Positions 62,987 through 64,000 of a DNA stretch of 64,000 nt are shown here, one piece after another. Positions within the stretch are counted from its first letter, which is position 1; each line of letters starts with the position of its first letter. Source of the DNA: a virus; IMG/VR virus record IMGVR_UViG_3300035704_000393, positions 9,677 through 73,676 of that record; one strand, given 5' to 3'. A program made the position numbers and the translations under genes. Under the pieces are notes generated by a model. That model saw nothing but the letters and a program-made list of their open reading frames with translations, had not been told where the DNA came from and did not search any database.

Positions 62987-64000
62987 TTGACCACGCCCCA
63001 CGCCGGCCGCCACCTCGGCCGCAACCCCGCCGACCCGGCCCGCCTCGCCCGCACCGTGAAGCTCCGCTTCACCGGCACCCTGCCGCCGCACCCGATCAGC
63101 GCCGACCACCTGACCAGCGTCCCCCGCTGGATGCTCGGCGGCAACGACCGGTTCGGGACCTGCGGCCCGACCTACGTGGCCAACTCGGCGGTGCTGACCT
63201 GGCACTGGCTCAAAGGCGAAGAGATCACCGTCCCCGACGACGCGATCTGGGACCTCTACCGGCGGTCCGGCAACCCGAACTTCAACCCCCAGACCGACGC
63301 CGACGACAACGGCGTCGACATGACCGTCATGCTGTCCGCCCTGGTCAAAGGCGGCATCACGATCACCCACGCCAACGGGACCACCGAGACCATCAAGCCG
63401 CTGGCCTTCGCCCAGCACGCCACCGACATCGACACGGTACGCGCCGTCACCTCGATTTTCGGCCACGACGGGTTCGGCCTCGACCTTGACCAGGCACAGC
63501 AGGCCCAGACCGACCGCGGCCTGTGGGACTACGCGCCCTCCGGCCCGTGGGGCGGCCACGCCGTCCTCGGCGGCTCCTACACCTCAGCCGCCGGCGCCGG
63601 GCAGCGCGACGAGTCCGTCGTCACCTGGGCCGAAGTCTGCGGCACCACCGACTCGTTCCTGTCCCACCAGCTGTCCGAGGCGTACGTCATCGTCTGGGCA
63701 CCGGTGTGGGACCACCCCGCCTTCCAGGCCGGCGTCGACCAGGCCGCGCTAGCCGCCGACTACCAGGCCGTAACCGGCCGCCCGTTCCCGGCCCCCGCGC
63801 CGGTGCCACCGCCACCGCCACCGCCACCACCGCCGCCGGTGCCGGGGACCATCCGCATCGACCCGGCCGACACCGCGCTCGACCACGCCATCCCCACGTC
63901 CTGGCTGCACGGCCGCCACATCGGCGACGCCGGCCGGGTCGCCGGCGCGATCCACACCTGGCGCACCGCCAAGGGCTTCCCAGATCAGCAGCACGGCTAA
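62987..64000 (+). CDS. Papain-like (C1-related) cysteine peptidase with poly-Pro linker
   Basis: GGAGG RBS plus TTG; WMLGGNDRFGTC...DNG...WGGHAV...VVTW. Confidence 0.75.
   Translation: MTTPHAGRHLGRNPADPARLARTVKLRFTGTLPPHPISADHLTSVPRWMLGGNDRFGTCGPTYVANSAVLTWHWLKGEEITVPDDAIWDLYRRSGNPNFNPQTDADDNGVDMTVMLSALVKGGITITHANGTTETIKPLAFAQHATDIDTVRAVTSIFGHDGFGLDLDQAQQAQTDRGLWDYAPSGPWGGHAVLGGSYTSAAGAGQRDESVVTWAEVCGTTDSFLSHQLSEAYVIVWAPVWDHPAFQAGVDQAALAADYQAVTGRPFPAPAPVPPPPPPPPPPPVPGTIRIDPADTALDHAIPTSWLHGRHIGDAGRVAGAIHTWRTAKGFPDQQHG

Overview
This high-GC window is a long stretch of an actinobacterial tailed-phage or prophage genome with a siphovirus-like layout; no integrase or replication genes are visible. 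Gene order: Ala/Gly/Pro-rich virion genes, a dual-specificity phosphatase and terminase large subunit; then ~8 kb of accessory DNA (structured non-coding region, HNH nucleases, XRE/DUF5753 regulator, antisense small membrane genes); then an exceptionally inflated 18-kb head module; then four capsid-decoration paralogs, major capsid, head-tail connectors (with an inserted Tat-exported heme peroxidase), tail genes and an enzyme-rich lysis region. The main finding is the head module (15866-33945). Portal, MuF-like and prohead-protease domains are embedded in four giant polyproteins (~5,900 aa). These carry a series of effector-like domains: alpha/beta hydrolase, two zinc metallopeptidases, two classes of ADP-ribosyltransferase, a PI3K/HipA-like kinase, a glycosylase-like domain and a peptidoglycan-binding domain. 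The polyproteins are punctuated by 13 copies of a short motif, [FW]-x4-5-(HP)R-x3-9-G-x-[FW], mostly preceded by Ala-rich linkers. This suggests a tag-and-cleave system that loads effector cargo into the capsid. All family assignments come from reading motifs by eye, not from database searches.
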